Positions 25,100-38,700 of a stretch of DNA of 64,000 nucleotides are shown here, piece by piece (within the stretch, counting starts at the first letter, position 1; every line of letters begins with the position of its first letter). Made by a program: the position numbers and the translations under genes. Below the pieces are notes generated by a model. That model worked only from the letters and a program-made list of their open reading frames with translations, was not told the DNA's origin and searched no databases. Source of the DNA: Ylistrum balloti (lineage: Eukaryota); assembly GCF_031769215.1 (NCBI RefSeq), contig NW_026782006.1:972070-1036069 (forward strand). The letters run 5' to 3'.

Positions 25100-25570
25100 G
25101 TCACATTCTAGGCACATCATTTGGCGCTGGCGATGTTACTGTTTGAGGAAACTTGTCTCTAAACTCTAAGCTTGGTTTGCATTTTCTTGGTGATCAGATC
25201 CTTAGACCTTAGACCTTAAGTCATTCCGCATTTTGATGTCCATCTATTGGCAGGTCGGCCTGCCCTAATGGATGACAATTTCAAACCACACAAAGCTCGC
25301 CGAGTGCAAGGCTATCTTCAACAAAAAGTGATAGGGACGCTTCTATGGCCTGCAATGTCACCAGACATGAATCCAAATGAGCATGTGTGGGACTATCTCG
25401 GGCAATAAAATCAATGCATGGGATCCAAAATGCTATACAATCGGAGAATTACGGGCTGTATTGGTTCAGGATGGCGGAGGTTTCTTCAGAGCAAGTTCCT
25501 GCGTCTGGTCAATGGTATGAGGTGACGGACAATAGAATTGTACCGGGAGCATGGTGGCTATAACCGGTAT
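25100..25570 (+). pseudogene. Tc1/mariner transposase C-terminal fragment, degenerate
   Basis: Translates to ...HFDVHLLAGRPALMDDNFKPHKARRVQGYLQQKVIGTLLWPAMSPDMNPNEHVWDYLGQ* then ...LVNGMR..., which is the DDE third-Asp region (DNA.PH...WPA.SPDLNPIE.W) with stops and frameshifts. Confidence 0.7.
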
Positions 25571-26039
25571 TGACTTTTTCAAACCCAACAGAACTTGCTG
25601 GTCAGTTAATCTGCTTTACAAAGTAACGTTGTGATTTGATCATGTATCTGTTAGTAAGATACATTTAAAGTTGGACCTTTTTCTAGACTTTGGGTATGTC
25701 TTTTTAACATGATACAGCACTTCCGGTTCGGTAACTTTCTTTTCCCGTCGATTGTATATAGCTTTGTTAGCTGTTTAAAACAGTCGTCCATCCTGTTGAG
25801 TTGTTATTGAATATGTTTCTTGAATACAGCGAAAATAATAAGCCAAATCAAAGATATGGATAAGCCTTAAACTTATGGCCGAGATATATTTCGTAATATC
25901 ACATATATTTCGATCAAACTTACTCTCCATAAAAGGATATTTCTTCTCCCAGTCTGTCAGTAGAGGAGTTACCTTTGAGATGCTGCCATCAGCGCCTTCT
26001 AGAAAAACATTTTCAAATTGGTTATAGTAAGTATACGAA

Positions 26040-27225
26040 CGAATCTGAGTGAAATCCTCGAGTGACCTCAAACGTCTTAGTGTAAGTGTCCATTACTTGT
26101 GTCAAACGTCTTAGTGTAAGTGTCCATTAATTGTGTCAAACGTCTTAGTGAAAGTGTCCATTAATTATGTCAAACGTCTTGGTGTAAATGTCCAATAATT
26201 GTGTCAAATTTCTTAGTTAAGTGTCCATTAATTGTGTCAAACGTCTTAGTGAAAGTGTCCATTAATTATGTCAAACGTCTTAGTGTAAGTGTCCATTAAT
26301 TGTGTCAAATTTCTTAGTTAAGTGTCCATTAATTGTGTCAAATTTCTTAGTTAAGTGTCCATTAATTGTGTCAAACGTCTTAGGTAAGTGTCCATTAATT
26401 GTGTCAAACGTCTTAGCGTGTCAATTAATTGTGTCAAACGTCTTAGTGAAAGTGTCCATTAATTATGTCAAACGTCTTGGTGTAAATGTCCAATAATTGT
26501 GTCAAATTTCTTAGTTAAGTGTCCATTAATTGTGTCAAACGTCTTAGTGAAAGTGTCCATTAATTATGTCAAACGTCTTAGTGTAAGTGTCCATTAATTG
26601 TGTCAAATTTCTTAGTTAAGTGTCCATTAATTGTGTCAAATTTCTTAGTTAAGTGTCCATTAATTGTGTCAAACGTCTTAGTTAAGTGTCCATTAATTGT
26701 GTCAAACGTCTTTGTGTAAGTGTCCATTAATTGTGTCAAATGTCTTAGTGAAAGTGTCCATTAATTGTGTCAAATTTCTTAGTTAATGTCCATTAATTGT
26801 GTCAAACGTCTTAGTTAAGTGTCCATTAATTGTGTCAAACGTCTTTGTGTAAGTGTCCATTGTGTCAAATTTCTTAGTTAATGTCCATTAATTGTGCCAA
26901 CGTCTTAGTTAAGTGTCCATTAATTGTGTCAAACGTCTTTGTGTAAGTAGCCTTTAATTGTGTCAAACGTCTTAGTGTGTCAATTAATTGTGTCAAACGT
27001 TTTAGTGTAAGTGTCCATTAATTGTGTCAGATTTATTAGTTAAGTGTCCATTAATTGTGCCAACGTCTTAGTTAAGTGTCCATTAATTGTGTCAAACGCC
27101 TTTGTGTAAGTGTCTATTAATTGTGTCAAATTTCTTAGTTAAGTGTCCATTAATTGTGTCAAACGTCTTTATGTAAGTGTCCATTAATTTCTCAAACTTC
27201 TTAGTGTAAAGGTCCATTAATTGTG
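26040..27225. repeat. 33-37 bp minisatellite of about 33 copies (gtgtccattaattgtgtcaaacgtcttagtgtaa)
   Basis: Direct repeats. Confidence 0.9.
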
Positions 27226-28113
27226 TCAAACATTCATCGCCAACAGATCAAATTCTCACTTAAGCATCTGATTAATAGAGACTTCTACATCAGGACATTG
27301 CACAATACTTGGTAGGAATCATAAGGACTCGGAATGCCGGTACTATGTGGAAATTAAAAGTATCTTTTTGGATTCAATCTTATCCGGTTCTATTACAGTT
27401 ACTAGTATTTTTAATACGAAATGACTGTTAATTAGACATTTACATTATTTATCATTCCTATCTCCTAAACAAATAAGTCGATTGACGAGTTAAAAAGCAG
27501 TGAAACTCACTATCAATTTGTACCAACACAAATGTACTTCGTGGCATGAAGTAGTCGAACATATTCTCGTGTGGGGGTTTGTTGAACAGTTCCACTAGAC
27601 TGGCATGTTCATCACTCAAGTCTACGACCACTGTAACACAACAACCATGCGGTAAATATCATTAAAGAGTGAAGTTCAAAAAGCAGAAGATACCTTTTGG
27701 ACAGAAAAGAATTATCAATGTTGATATTTGATACATCGTTATCATTTTCGTAATTAAACAATCATTTTTTCATGAAAGTCAATTGAGAAATCTTGTATAA
27801 AAACTATAAATATCGTTTGCAGTAAAGTCCGGTCCGTTGGCTTTAAGTTTACAGTAACAAGGCATAAAACATATGAATAAGACTTTTCAATCTCAAGGTG
27901 GATAAACCAGAGTCTGAAATGCTGCATTGTAAAATCTGACTTGCCTTTTGGGCGGATACCACACGCCCTCCTTACATAATCCTGTAACACCACAGCATTA
28001 CAGTCGGGGTTCACCAACAAGGTTTTGCCGTCTTAAACAGAAGAAACATCGGATGAGTTCCATCTCAGTACATAATATATAGCATACACACATATATATA
28101 TATAATGTTCTTA

Positions 28114-28187
28114 AATTTTGGCTAAGTTTAAGATAACGCATTGACTCGTGGAAAGCACATGGACTTGACACGAATTCCTAACCCGCG

Positions 28188-28238
<51 letters not shown>

Positions 28239-28586
28239 ATATGTGTGTGTGTATTTATTATAGTGACTCTATGTTTAGATATATATGTCCTAAATATCAA
28301 AAAATTAACACAATGCATCATATATAGTAATGGTGTTGATTGGAAAGTTCCAAATGTGGATCGAGACACCTAAATTTACACTACCGTTTTCGACTTCAGT
28401 TTATAACTTTGTATCTGTTTTATGCGACGTAATTTATGTGTTTTTTTTTTTTTTTTTTGTCTTGATAAAGGGGTAGATTGCCTTGAATATTTGACAATAT
28501 ATATATATGGTCCGCGGGTTAGGAATTCGTGTCAAATCCATGTGCTTTCCACGAGTCAATGCATTATCTTAAACTTAGCCAAAATT
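28114..28586. mobile_element. Foldback/MITE-like element. Inverted arms of about 90 bp (28114-28200 versus 28497-28586, about 96% identical) abut (TA)n tracts (28196-28236, 28497-28510)
   Basis: The reverse complement of the left arm (aattttggctaagtttaagataacgcattgactcgtggaaagcacatggacttgacacgaattcctaacccgcggacttt) matches the right arm with about 3 mismatches. Confidence 0.6.
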
Positions 28587-30829
28587 GTAAGAAAATTATA
28601 TATATATATATGAAGTACAATTTGTACCGCTCATATGTGGTGATGCGACGTTTCAACTTCAATCATATAAATTTGTATAGACCCCTATACTATGTATGAC
28701 TTACACAACTATCGGACTTGATTAGCAGTTTCTGCATGTATATTACCAATAGAATGTTACGTAAACCTACCTCCGTATTCCACGTTAATGAACATTGTTG
28801 TCAGCGCTCGTAGTATTCGACGTCCCTATAGCTTTGGTAGTTAACTGTCGCTAAGTGCTGCTCTCTAGTGACGTTGATGTATTTATGACGTCGAACTTTG
28901 GACAAGCTACATGTAATTTCATTATGACGTAACAAAGCTGTTTTTTGCAGACGTCCCGTTATCTACCCATCAGTCCATGTCATCTCACAGTAAATAAGTT
29001 TGTCTTCTAATCAAAGTCCTTTAGAGGATTCGAATTTCCGTCTTGAGAAGCTGGATGAAGTATTCCATTGAATCAGGTTTAGATCCTCCGATTTCAGCCA
29101 TGCGTAAAGTTTCATATTTTCAACTTTGTAAGTTCCGCGGTAAGGAAAAGTTCACATATGGAATGAACTTGAGATAATTCAGACCATGTATTCTTATTTT
29201 ACAGGTCGGTCTTTAAATCCAAAATAACAGTAATTTCAAAAATAGTTTAAACCTTATTCTCATGTTGAGAAACTTAATTAGCTATCGGCCACATTGGGAT
29301 AGCAACACGAGGCTTCGACGATCACATGGTTGTTCAATTAGCTGTTTTGTTATTGATACAAGTTAATAGGTAAAAAATAGGCATAACGTGCTGTAATATG
29401 AATGTCTATCTCACCGGCATTTCTTTTAACTAGTGTGAAAATTCCCACACTTTTTGCAATTATTCACGCGGTTACTTACATCATCATTTATTCAATAATC
29501 AAGAAGCATTTTGTAACATACTTGAAGTAACAATGTATATTTTAATTTGATGTGATTAGTAGTATGTTCTGGTAACTTTGATTTTTATCAAACTGAAAAT
29601 ACTATTAGTTCTTTAATAGTATTCAATACAAATAAAAGTGTTTAAAGGGAGATAACTCAAAACAGTATGTAATTTAAATACATGTAACCTATGTCCACGT
29701 GTGGTCAGATAATCTAATTCAGCCAAGAAGTACTCAGATCAGTTGTTGTATCGTGACTACAGTAATAAATATTTAAAAAAGACTGGTTAATATGTAAATA
29801 CTTTATTATTATTATTGCAGGCTAACTGATAATAAGTGTATTCATTGAAGATTTAGAAAAAATATACTTAAGCATTTTGCTACTGGAGGAGGGTTCATTT
29901 TAGATGTCTTTATTGTCTGTCAAGGAATCGCATCAATCCTTGGCAAAATTTTCCGGTTTGATAGGTCATCCTCCTATTTATCTCATGACAAATGATATAA
30001 CGAATGTTATTGATGTTATAATTTTATTTACAAACAAAAAACACTACTGAAAGAACAGTAAAAGAGGATCTACATAGAATTACCAGTAGAATGGACTTAA
30101 TGACTGACATTGTCATAGTAACATATGTATAGGATTGTGCGTGTCTTGTAACAGCGGGAATCAGAGGACAATGTCAAACCTTGTGTTATCTTGTTTTCAA
30201 TTCAGGTAGGTATATACGGTGGACATAACAAATAAATTTCTTGTTATTCAAAAACAAAACAAAAAACAAGTCGATCAAAAAGGGACACCGTTACTATGTA
30301 TTAAAGAAAACAAAGGACTGCAATTATAGTGTTACAGATCAATGAGTTGGTAAACAGTAGGATGGAACCATTCTTACAGTTTACTAATCATAGGATGCAT
30401 CCTTAACGGTCAACTGAGATGATTTTTTGTTTTGTACGAATGACAAGCACAAACTTAACAAAACTGCCTTATCCAATATCTAGCAAATAAATGTATGTCT
30501 GCAGAATGTTGTTTGTAACAAGTGTAGATTTAAAGAACATTGCAGAAATTTGAAAAATCCAACAAGTTTTCAAAACATCGAACCTGCTTTGTGATTCCAA
30601 CTGGAAATGAATACAAATACTAAAACATTTTACCCCTGTAACCTCGAAAGTCAGTCAAGGTTATTAATTTGAACAAACTTGGTAGCCCTTCATCCCAGCA
30701 TGCGAAGGAGACTGTATTCGTTCAAATACTCAGAGGTTACTTAATTGAAACGTAATTATATGTAAAACCATGTCATCATTTCAGGAGAAATATATCAGAG
30801 ATTTTAACACACACCAATTGTAGGTCAAT

Positions 30830-32340
30830 TTTCATACACTCATTCAGCAATGTAATAAAACAGTAACACTCATTTAGCAGTGCAATAAAACAGTAACACT
30901 CATTTAGCAGTGTAATAAAACAGTAACACTCATTCAGCAGTGTAATAAAACAGTAAAACTCATTCAGCAGTGTAATAAAACAGTAACACTCATTCAGCAA
31001 TGTAATAAAACAGTAACACTCGTTTAGCAGTGCAATAAAACAGTAACACTCATTTAGCAGTGTAATAAAACAGTAACACTCATTCAGCAGTGTGATAAAA
31101 CAGTAAAACTCATTCAGCAGTGTAATAAAACAGTAAAACTCATTTAGCAGTGTAATAAAACAGTAACACTCATTTAGCAGTGTAATAAAACAGTAAAACT
31201 CATTCAGCAGTGTAATAAAACAGTAACACTCATTTAGCAGTGTAATAAAACAGTAACACTCATTCAGCAGTGTAATAAAACAGTAACACTCATTCAGCAG
31301 TGTAATAAAACAGTAACACTCATTCAGCAGTGTAATAAAACAGTAAAGCTCATTTAGCAGTGTAATAAAACAGTAAAACTCATTTAGCAGTGTAATAAAA
31401 CAGTAAAACTCATTTAGCTAATTCAGCAGCAATGTAATAAAACAGTAACACTCATTCAGCAATGTAATAAAACAGTAACACTCATTCAGCAGTGTGATAA
31501 AACAGTAACACTCATTTAGCAGTGTAATAAAACAGTAACACTCATTCAGCAGTGTAATAAAACAGTAACACTCATTTAGCAGTGTAATAAAACAGTAACA
31601 CTCATTCAGCAATGTAATAAAACAGTAACACTCATTCAGCAGTGTAATAAAACAGTAAAACTCATTTAGCAGTGTAATAAAACAGTAACACTCATTCAGC
31701 AGTGTAATAAAACAGTAACACTCATTCAGCAATGTAATAAAACAGTAACACTCATTCAGCAATGTAATAAAACAGTAAAACTCATTTAGCAGTGTAATAA
31801 AACAGTAACACTCATTCAGCAGTGTAATAAAACAGTAACACTCATTCAGCAATGTAATAAAACAGTAACACTCATTCAGCAATGTAATAAAACGGTAACA
31901 CTCATTCAGCAGTGTAACAAAACAGTAACACTCATTCAGCAGTGTAATAAAACAGTAACACTCATTCAGCAGTGTAATAAAACAGTAAAACTCATTCAGC
32001 AGTGTAATAAAACAGTAACACTCATTCAGCAGTGTAACAAAACAGTAACACTCATTCAGCAGTGTGATAAAACAGTAACACTAATTCAGCAGTGTAACAA
32101 AACAGTAACACTCATTCAGCAGTGTGATAAAACAGTAACACTCATTCAGCAGTGTAACAAAACAGTAACACTCATTCAGCAGTGTAACAAAACAGTAACA
32201 CTCATTCAGCAGTGTGATAAAACAGTAACACTCATTCAGCAGTGTGATAAAACAGTAAAACTAACTTAGCAATGTGATAAAACAGTAAAACTAATTTAGC
32301 AATGTGATAAAACAGTAAAACTAATTTAGCAATGTAGTAA
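30830..32340. repeat. 30-bp minisatellite of about 50 copies (cattcagcagtgtaataaaacagtaacact)
   Basis: Direct repeats. Confidence 0.9.
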
Positions 32341-32589
32341 AACAAGACTGAAAGGACCGTTTTGCGTCAACTTTAAGTCTGCAAAATAGGGGTATAACTT
32401 TTCAGAATATCTTTTTTTTTCAATTACTATATCAAGAAGCAATTAACAAAAGCAAAACACACAAAAAAATGATACGGAGAATAGATGACCGAAAACGAAA
32501 AATAAAAGAAACAACTTTCACGTGTGTATGAAACATATTCCACTCACGGGAAATTTGTTAAAAGTCATGGCAAAGTCTCAGAGAGAATA

Positions 32590-33665
32590 CTTAACGTACC
32601 TCTGCTGGTAAGAGTACACATACTGTTTACACTGGTGTAGAGTGTACACATACTGTTTATACTGGTGTAAAGTATATACATACTGCTGTAAAGTGTACAG
32701 ATACAGCTGTAAAGTGTACATATACTGGTGTAGAGTGTACATATACTGGTGTAGAGTGTACATATACTGCTGTGAAGTGTACTTATACTGCTGTAGAGTG
32801 TACATATACTGCTGTAAAGTGTACATATACTGGTGTAGAGTGAACATATACTGGTGTAAAGTGTACATATACTGCTGTGAAGTGTACATATACTGCTGTA
32901 AAGTGTACATATACTGGTGTAGAGCGTTCATATACTGGTGTAGAGTGTACATATACTGCTGTAAAGTGTACATATACTGCTGTAAAGTGTACATATACTG
33001 GTGTAGAGTGTACATATACTGCTGTAAAGTGTACATATACTGGTGTAGAGTGTGCATATACTGGTGTAGAGTGTACATATACTGCTGTGAAGTGTACATA
33101 TACTGCTGTAGAGTGTACATATACTGCTGTAAAGTGTACATATACTGGTGTAGAGTGTACATATACTGGTGTAGAGTGTATATATACTGGTGTAGAGTGT
33201 ACATATACTGCTGTAAAGTGTACATATACTGGTGTAGAGTGTACAAATACTGGTGTAGAGCGTTCATATACTGGTGTAGAGTGTACATATACTGGTGTAG
33301 AGTGTACATATACTGCTGTAAAGTGTACATATACTGGTGTAGAGCGTACATATACTGGTGTAGAGTGTACACATACTGCTGTAGAGTGTACATATACTGC
33401 TGTGAAGTGTACATATACTGCTGTAGAGTGTACATATACTGGTGTAGAGTGTACATATACTGGTGTAAAGTGTACATATACTGGTGTAGAGTGTACATAT
33501 ACTGGTGTAGAATGTACATATATGGTGTAAAGTGTACATATACTGGTGTAGAGTGTACAAATACTGGTGTAGAGCGTACATATACTGGTGTAGAGTGTAC
33601 ATATACTGGTGTAGAGTGTACATATACTGCTGTAAAGTGTACATATACTGGTGTAGAGTGTATAC
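32590..33665. repeat. 21-bp minisatellite of about 51 copies (agtgtacatatactgctgtaa / …ggtgtag)
   Basis: Direct repeats. Confidence 0.9.
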
Positions 33666-34079
33666 CTTCAAGTTTACAGTGGACACCCAAGAATACGAAC
33701 AATATGCTTTGACGCATTGATAAACAGTCTCTTGACATTTGTAATCCAGCTTGAATCGCTATATTTTTAAAGCAAGACTTGCTCTCAACTTCTATTAACA
33801 GAAGTTCCCGATTTAAACTTGGGTATATTGATAACGATTCATGTTAATGTTTTAATTATCCAATAAGCCATGTGTCCCGATAGTGATTATCTTATTGTGC
33901 TAGAAAAACAGATGTTATCATTTGTTAAACACGATATATGGATCTGTTAAAATTAACGATATTATAGAAAATCAATATCGCCAAACTATATGTCAAACGT
34001 AATCATCATTATTATATAAAAATAAACATTATTTCTGGTTTTTATATCAATGATGCTACCCTTCAGTTAACACTTCTTG

Positions 34080-34700
34080 GAATGATATATCTAGATATAA
34101 TTTTATTAATGAGATCACTTAACAGAATTCTAGAGATCATGTAACAAAATGCAATTTCAGAGATCTTGTCACTAAATATAATTCTAGGGATCATGTCACT
34201 AAATGTAATTCTAGGTATCATGACACTAAATGTTATTCTAGGGATCATGTCACTAAATATAGTTGTAGGGATCATGTCACTAAACATAATTCTAGAGATC
34301 ATGTCACTAAATGTTATTCTACGGATCATGTCACTAAATGTAATTCTAGGTATCATGTCACTAAATGTTATTCAAGGGATCATGTCACTAAATATAATTA
34401 TAGGGATCATGTCACTAAATATGATTGTAGGGATCATGTCACTAAATATAATTCTAGAGATAACGTCACTAAATGTTATTCTACGGATCATGTCACAAAA
34501 TGTGATTCTAGGTATCATGTCACTAAGTGTAGTTCGACAGATGATATCATTTAACATAAATCTAGGGATGATACTGCAAAATGTAATGGTAGGGAGTAGT
34601 ACACTCCAAATAATGCTAAAAGTGTTATGATTAAATATTATTCTATGGATGGTTTCACCAAACATAACTCTAGGAATGATATCACTTCACAAATTACTCT
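34080..34700. repeat. 30-bp minisatellite of about 20 copies, decaying at its 3' end (gatcatgtcactaaatgtaattctaggtat)
   Basis: Direct repeats. Confidence 0.85.
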
Positions 34701-35022
34701 AAGGAATGTGGCAATACATATCATTCTGAGGTGGTATCACTAAGTATTATTCAAGGAATGATATCTTGAAATATAATTCTAGGGATGGAATCATTTGATA
34801 TAATTCTAGAGATAGCCTCACACAATACAACTCAAAAGATGGTATCACTCAATACATTGATGGCTGTTCATTAACCAATATCCACTTAAAGAAGTGTATC
34901 TGAAAGAAACAATTTTCAAAATGAAAATGATTACTTTAATGACAAAGAGTTTGTCAGAAACATCATATCCCCAACACCTAATATGATCCTTGAGACAAAA
35001 TGAGTTGAGAAGCTTACTTATT

Positions 35023-35237
35023 TTAACTGTCGCTATCAGAATTACAAACATCAGTTTCACGCTGACACCTGTCCTTCTTTCTAACCTTGACCACTGGTTC
35101 TGAGTCACCTTCTCTGCTGTGATCTTCAGGTGTGTTGTCTTTTTTCCGCCCTGTAACGTGAAGGGTCCCCCTATCACTGCTATCTCTGCTTAACCGCTTC
35201 CCCTGGTGTTTATCGACCTGGTGAATACGGCTTCTTC
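35023..35237 (-). CDS. Gene B terminal coding exon (minus). RRSRIHQVDKHQGKRLSRDSSDRGTLHVTGRKKDNTPEDHSREGDSEPVVKVRKKDRCQRETDVCNSDSDS, then stop
   Basis: On the minus strand: acceptor tgtttctgttgacag|GAAGAAG. Phase 1 in, which completes the codon CGA with the C carried from the previous exon. TAA stop at plus 35023-35025. Confidence 0.6.
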
Positions 35238-35759
35238 CTGTCAACAGAAACATTGTTGTGTGCTAAGCTTTTTACTATCTTATTTTTAACATCAGATTAT
35301 TATTGTTACCGTGTGGAAAGATCACATGCATGATTGGAAGACAAATATTATTATCAATACAGTGATTCGGTCCATCATGTTACTTTGTAACCTGTTACTA
35401 AGAAAGACATGTGACGTCATTGATAAAGGAACTCATAACTAGACCAAAGACAGTTACTGTTTAAATGTGAAAGTAGTAAAACCACTGGACTCTCCCTCAC
35501 TTTGGTTTCTCACAGCACTCATTAGTATGACATACTTTTCATAAGCCCTGAATCTTCTAGATAAAGAGTAGGTTCTGCCTTTGACTTAAGATATGTGTAT
35601 TACATAATTTCTGGATAGAGCCTACCAGATTAGTATAAGGTAAACTTTTCTGTAGATATAGGTATTTAAATATTGCAATCAAGATATATCCACGGTTCCT
35701 ACTGAAATCTCTATCAGCATCCATAATTGATTAGTCTTCATTCCCGATGTTTGTAAAAC

Positions 35760-38700
35760 AACTCAGACTCATCAGTATGGACAGATGTCTAGATATAAAA
35801 CAACACTGACTTGTCAGTATGGACAGATGTCTAGATATAAAACAACACTGACTTGTCAGTATGGACAGATGTCTAGATATAAAACAACACTGACTTGTCA
35901 GTATGGACAGATGTCTAGATATAAAACAACACTGACTTGTCAGTATGGACAGATGTCTAGATATAAAACAACACTGACTTGTCAGTATGGACAGATGTCT
36001 AGATATAAAACAACACTGACTTGTCGGTATGGACAGATGTCTAGATATAAAACAACACTGACTTGTCGGTATGGACAGATGTCTAGATATAAAACAACAC
36101 TGACTTGTCAGTATGGACAGATGTCTAGATATAAAACAACACAAAACAACACAGACTTGTCAGTATGGACAGATGTCTAGATATAAAACAACACTGACTT
36201 GTCAGTATGGACAGATGTCTAGATATAAAACAACACTGACTTGTCAGTATGGACAGATGTCTAGATATAAAACAACACTGACTTGTCAGTATGGACAGAT
36301 GTCTAGATATAAAACAACACTGACTTGTCAGTATGGACAGATGTCTAGATATAAAACAACACTGACTTGTCAGTATGGACAGATGTCTAGATATAAAACA
36401 ACACTGACTTGTCAGTATGGACAGATGTCTAGATATAAAACAACACTGACTTGTCAGTATGGACAGATGTCTAGATATAAAACAACACTGACTTGTCAGT
36501 ATGGACAGATGTCTAGATATAAAACAACACAGACTTGTCAGTATGGACAGATGTATAGATATAAAACAACACTGACTTGTCAGTATGGACAGATGTCTAG
36601 ATATAAAACAACACGTGTCAGTGTAGACATATGTCTAGATATAAAACAACACTGACTTGTCAGTATGGACAGATATATAGATATCACACTGACTTGTATG
36701 GACAGATGTCTAGATATAAAACAACACTGACTTGTAGATATATAAAACAACACTGACTTGTCAGTATGGACAGATGTCTAGATATAAAACAACACTGACT
36801 TGTCAGTATGGACAGATGTCTAGATATAAAACAACACTGACTTGTCTGTATGGACAGATGTCTAGATATAAAACAACACTGACTTGTCAGTATGGACAGA
36901 TGTCTAGATATAAAACACACTAGATATAAAACAACACTGACTTGTCAGTATGGACAGATGTCTAGATATAAAACAACACTGACTTGTCAGTATGGACAGA
37001 TGTCTAGATATAAAACAACACTGACTTGTCAGTATGGACAGATGTCTAGATATAAAACAACACTGACTTGTCAGTATGGACAGACTAGATATAAAACAAC
37101 ACTGACTTGTCAGTATGGACAGATGTCTAGATATAAAACAACACTGACTTGTCAGTATAGGACATGTATGGACAGATGTCTAGATATAAAACAACACTGA
37201 CTTGTCGGTATGGACAGATGTCTAGATATAAAACAACACTGACTTGTCAGTATGGACAGATGTCTAGATATAAAACAACACTGACTTGTCAGTATGGACA
37301 GATGTCTAGATATAAAACAACACTGACTTGTCAGTATGGACAGATGTCTAGATATAAAACAACACTGACTTGTCAGTATGGACAGATGTCTAGATATAAA
37401 ACAACACTGACTTGTCAGTATGGACAGATGTCTAGATATAAAACAACACTGACCTGTCATTATGGTCAGATGTCTAGATATAAAACAACACTGACTTGTC
37501 AGTATGGACAGATGTCTAGATATAAAAAAAAACACTGACTTGTCAGTATGGACAGATGTTTAGATATAAAACAACACTGACTTGTCAGTATGGACAGATG
37601 TCTTGATATAAAACAACACAGACTTGTCAGTATGGACAGATGTCTAGATATAAAACAACACTGACTTGTCAGTATGGACAGATGTCTAGATATAAAACAA
37701 CACTGACTTGTCAGTATGGACAGATGTCTAGATATAAAACAACACAGTATGGACAAATGTATAGATATAAAACAACACTGACTTGTCAGTATGGACAGAT
37801 GTCTAGATATAAAACAACACTGACTTGTCAGTACGGACAGATGTCTAGATATAAAACAACACTGACTTGTCAGTATGGACAGATATATAGATATAAAACA
37901 ACACTGACTTGTCAGTGTGGACAGATGTCTAGATATAAAACAACACTGACTTGTCAGTATGGACAGATGTCTAGATATAAAACAACACTGACTTGTCAGT
38001 ATGGACAGATGTCTAGATATAAAACAACACTGACTTGTCAGTATGGACAGATGTCTAGATATAAAACAACACAGACTCATCAGTATGGACAGATATATAG
38101 ATATAAAACAACACTGACTTGTCAGTATGGACAGATGTCTAGATATAAAACAACACTGACTTGTCAGTATGGACAGATGTCTAGATATAAAACAACACTG
38201 ACTTGTCAGTATGGACAGATGTCTAGATATAAAACAACACTGACTTGTCAGTATGGACAGATGTCTAGATATAAAACAACACTGACTTGTCAGTATGGAC
38301 AGATGTCTAGATATAAAACAACACTGACTTGTCAGTATGGACAGATGTCTAGATATAAAACAACACTGACTTGTCAGTATGGACAGATGTCTAGATATAA
38401 AACAACACTGACAGTATGGACAGATGTCTAGATATTGACTTGTCAGTATGGACAGATGTCTAGATATAAAACAACACTGACTTGTCGTATGGACAGATGT
38501 CTAGATATAAAACTAGATATAAAACAACACTGACTTGTCAGTATGGACAGATGTCTAGATATAAAACAAAAACACTGACTTGTCAGTATGGACAGTCTAG
38601 ATATAAAAAAACACTGACTTGTCAGTATGGACAGATGTCTAGATATAAAACAACACTGACTTGTCAGTATGGACAGATGTCTAGATATAAAACAACACTG

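Noticed and set aside
30776-34665. ORFs of 154, 386, 356, 217 and 154 aa (LLNECYCFIT…, YMYTLHQ…, MSLNVILGIM…)
   Set aside because: They are translations of the 30-bp, 21-bp and 30-bp minisatellites. The same peptide period appears on both strands.
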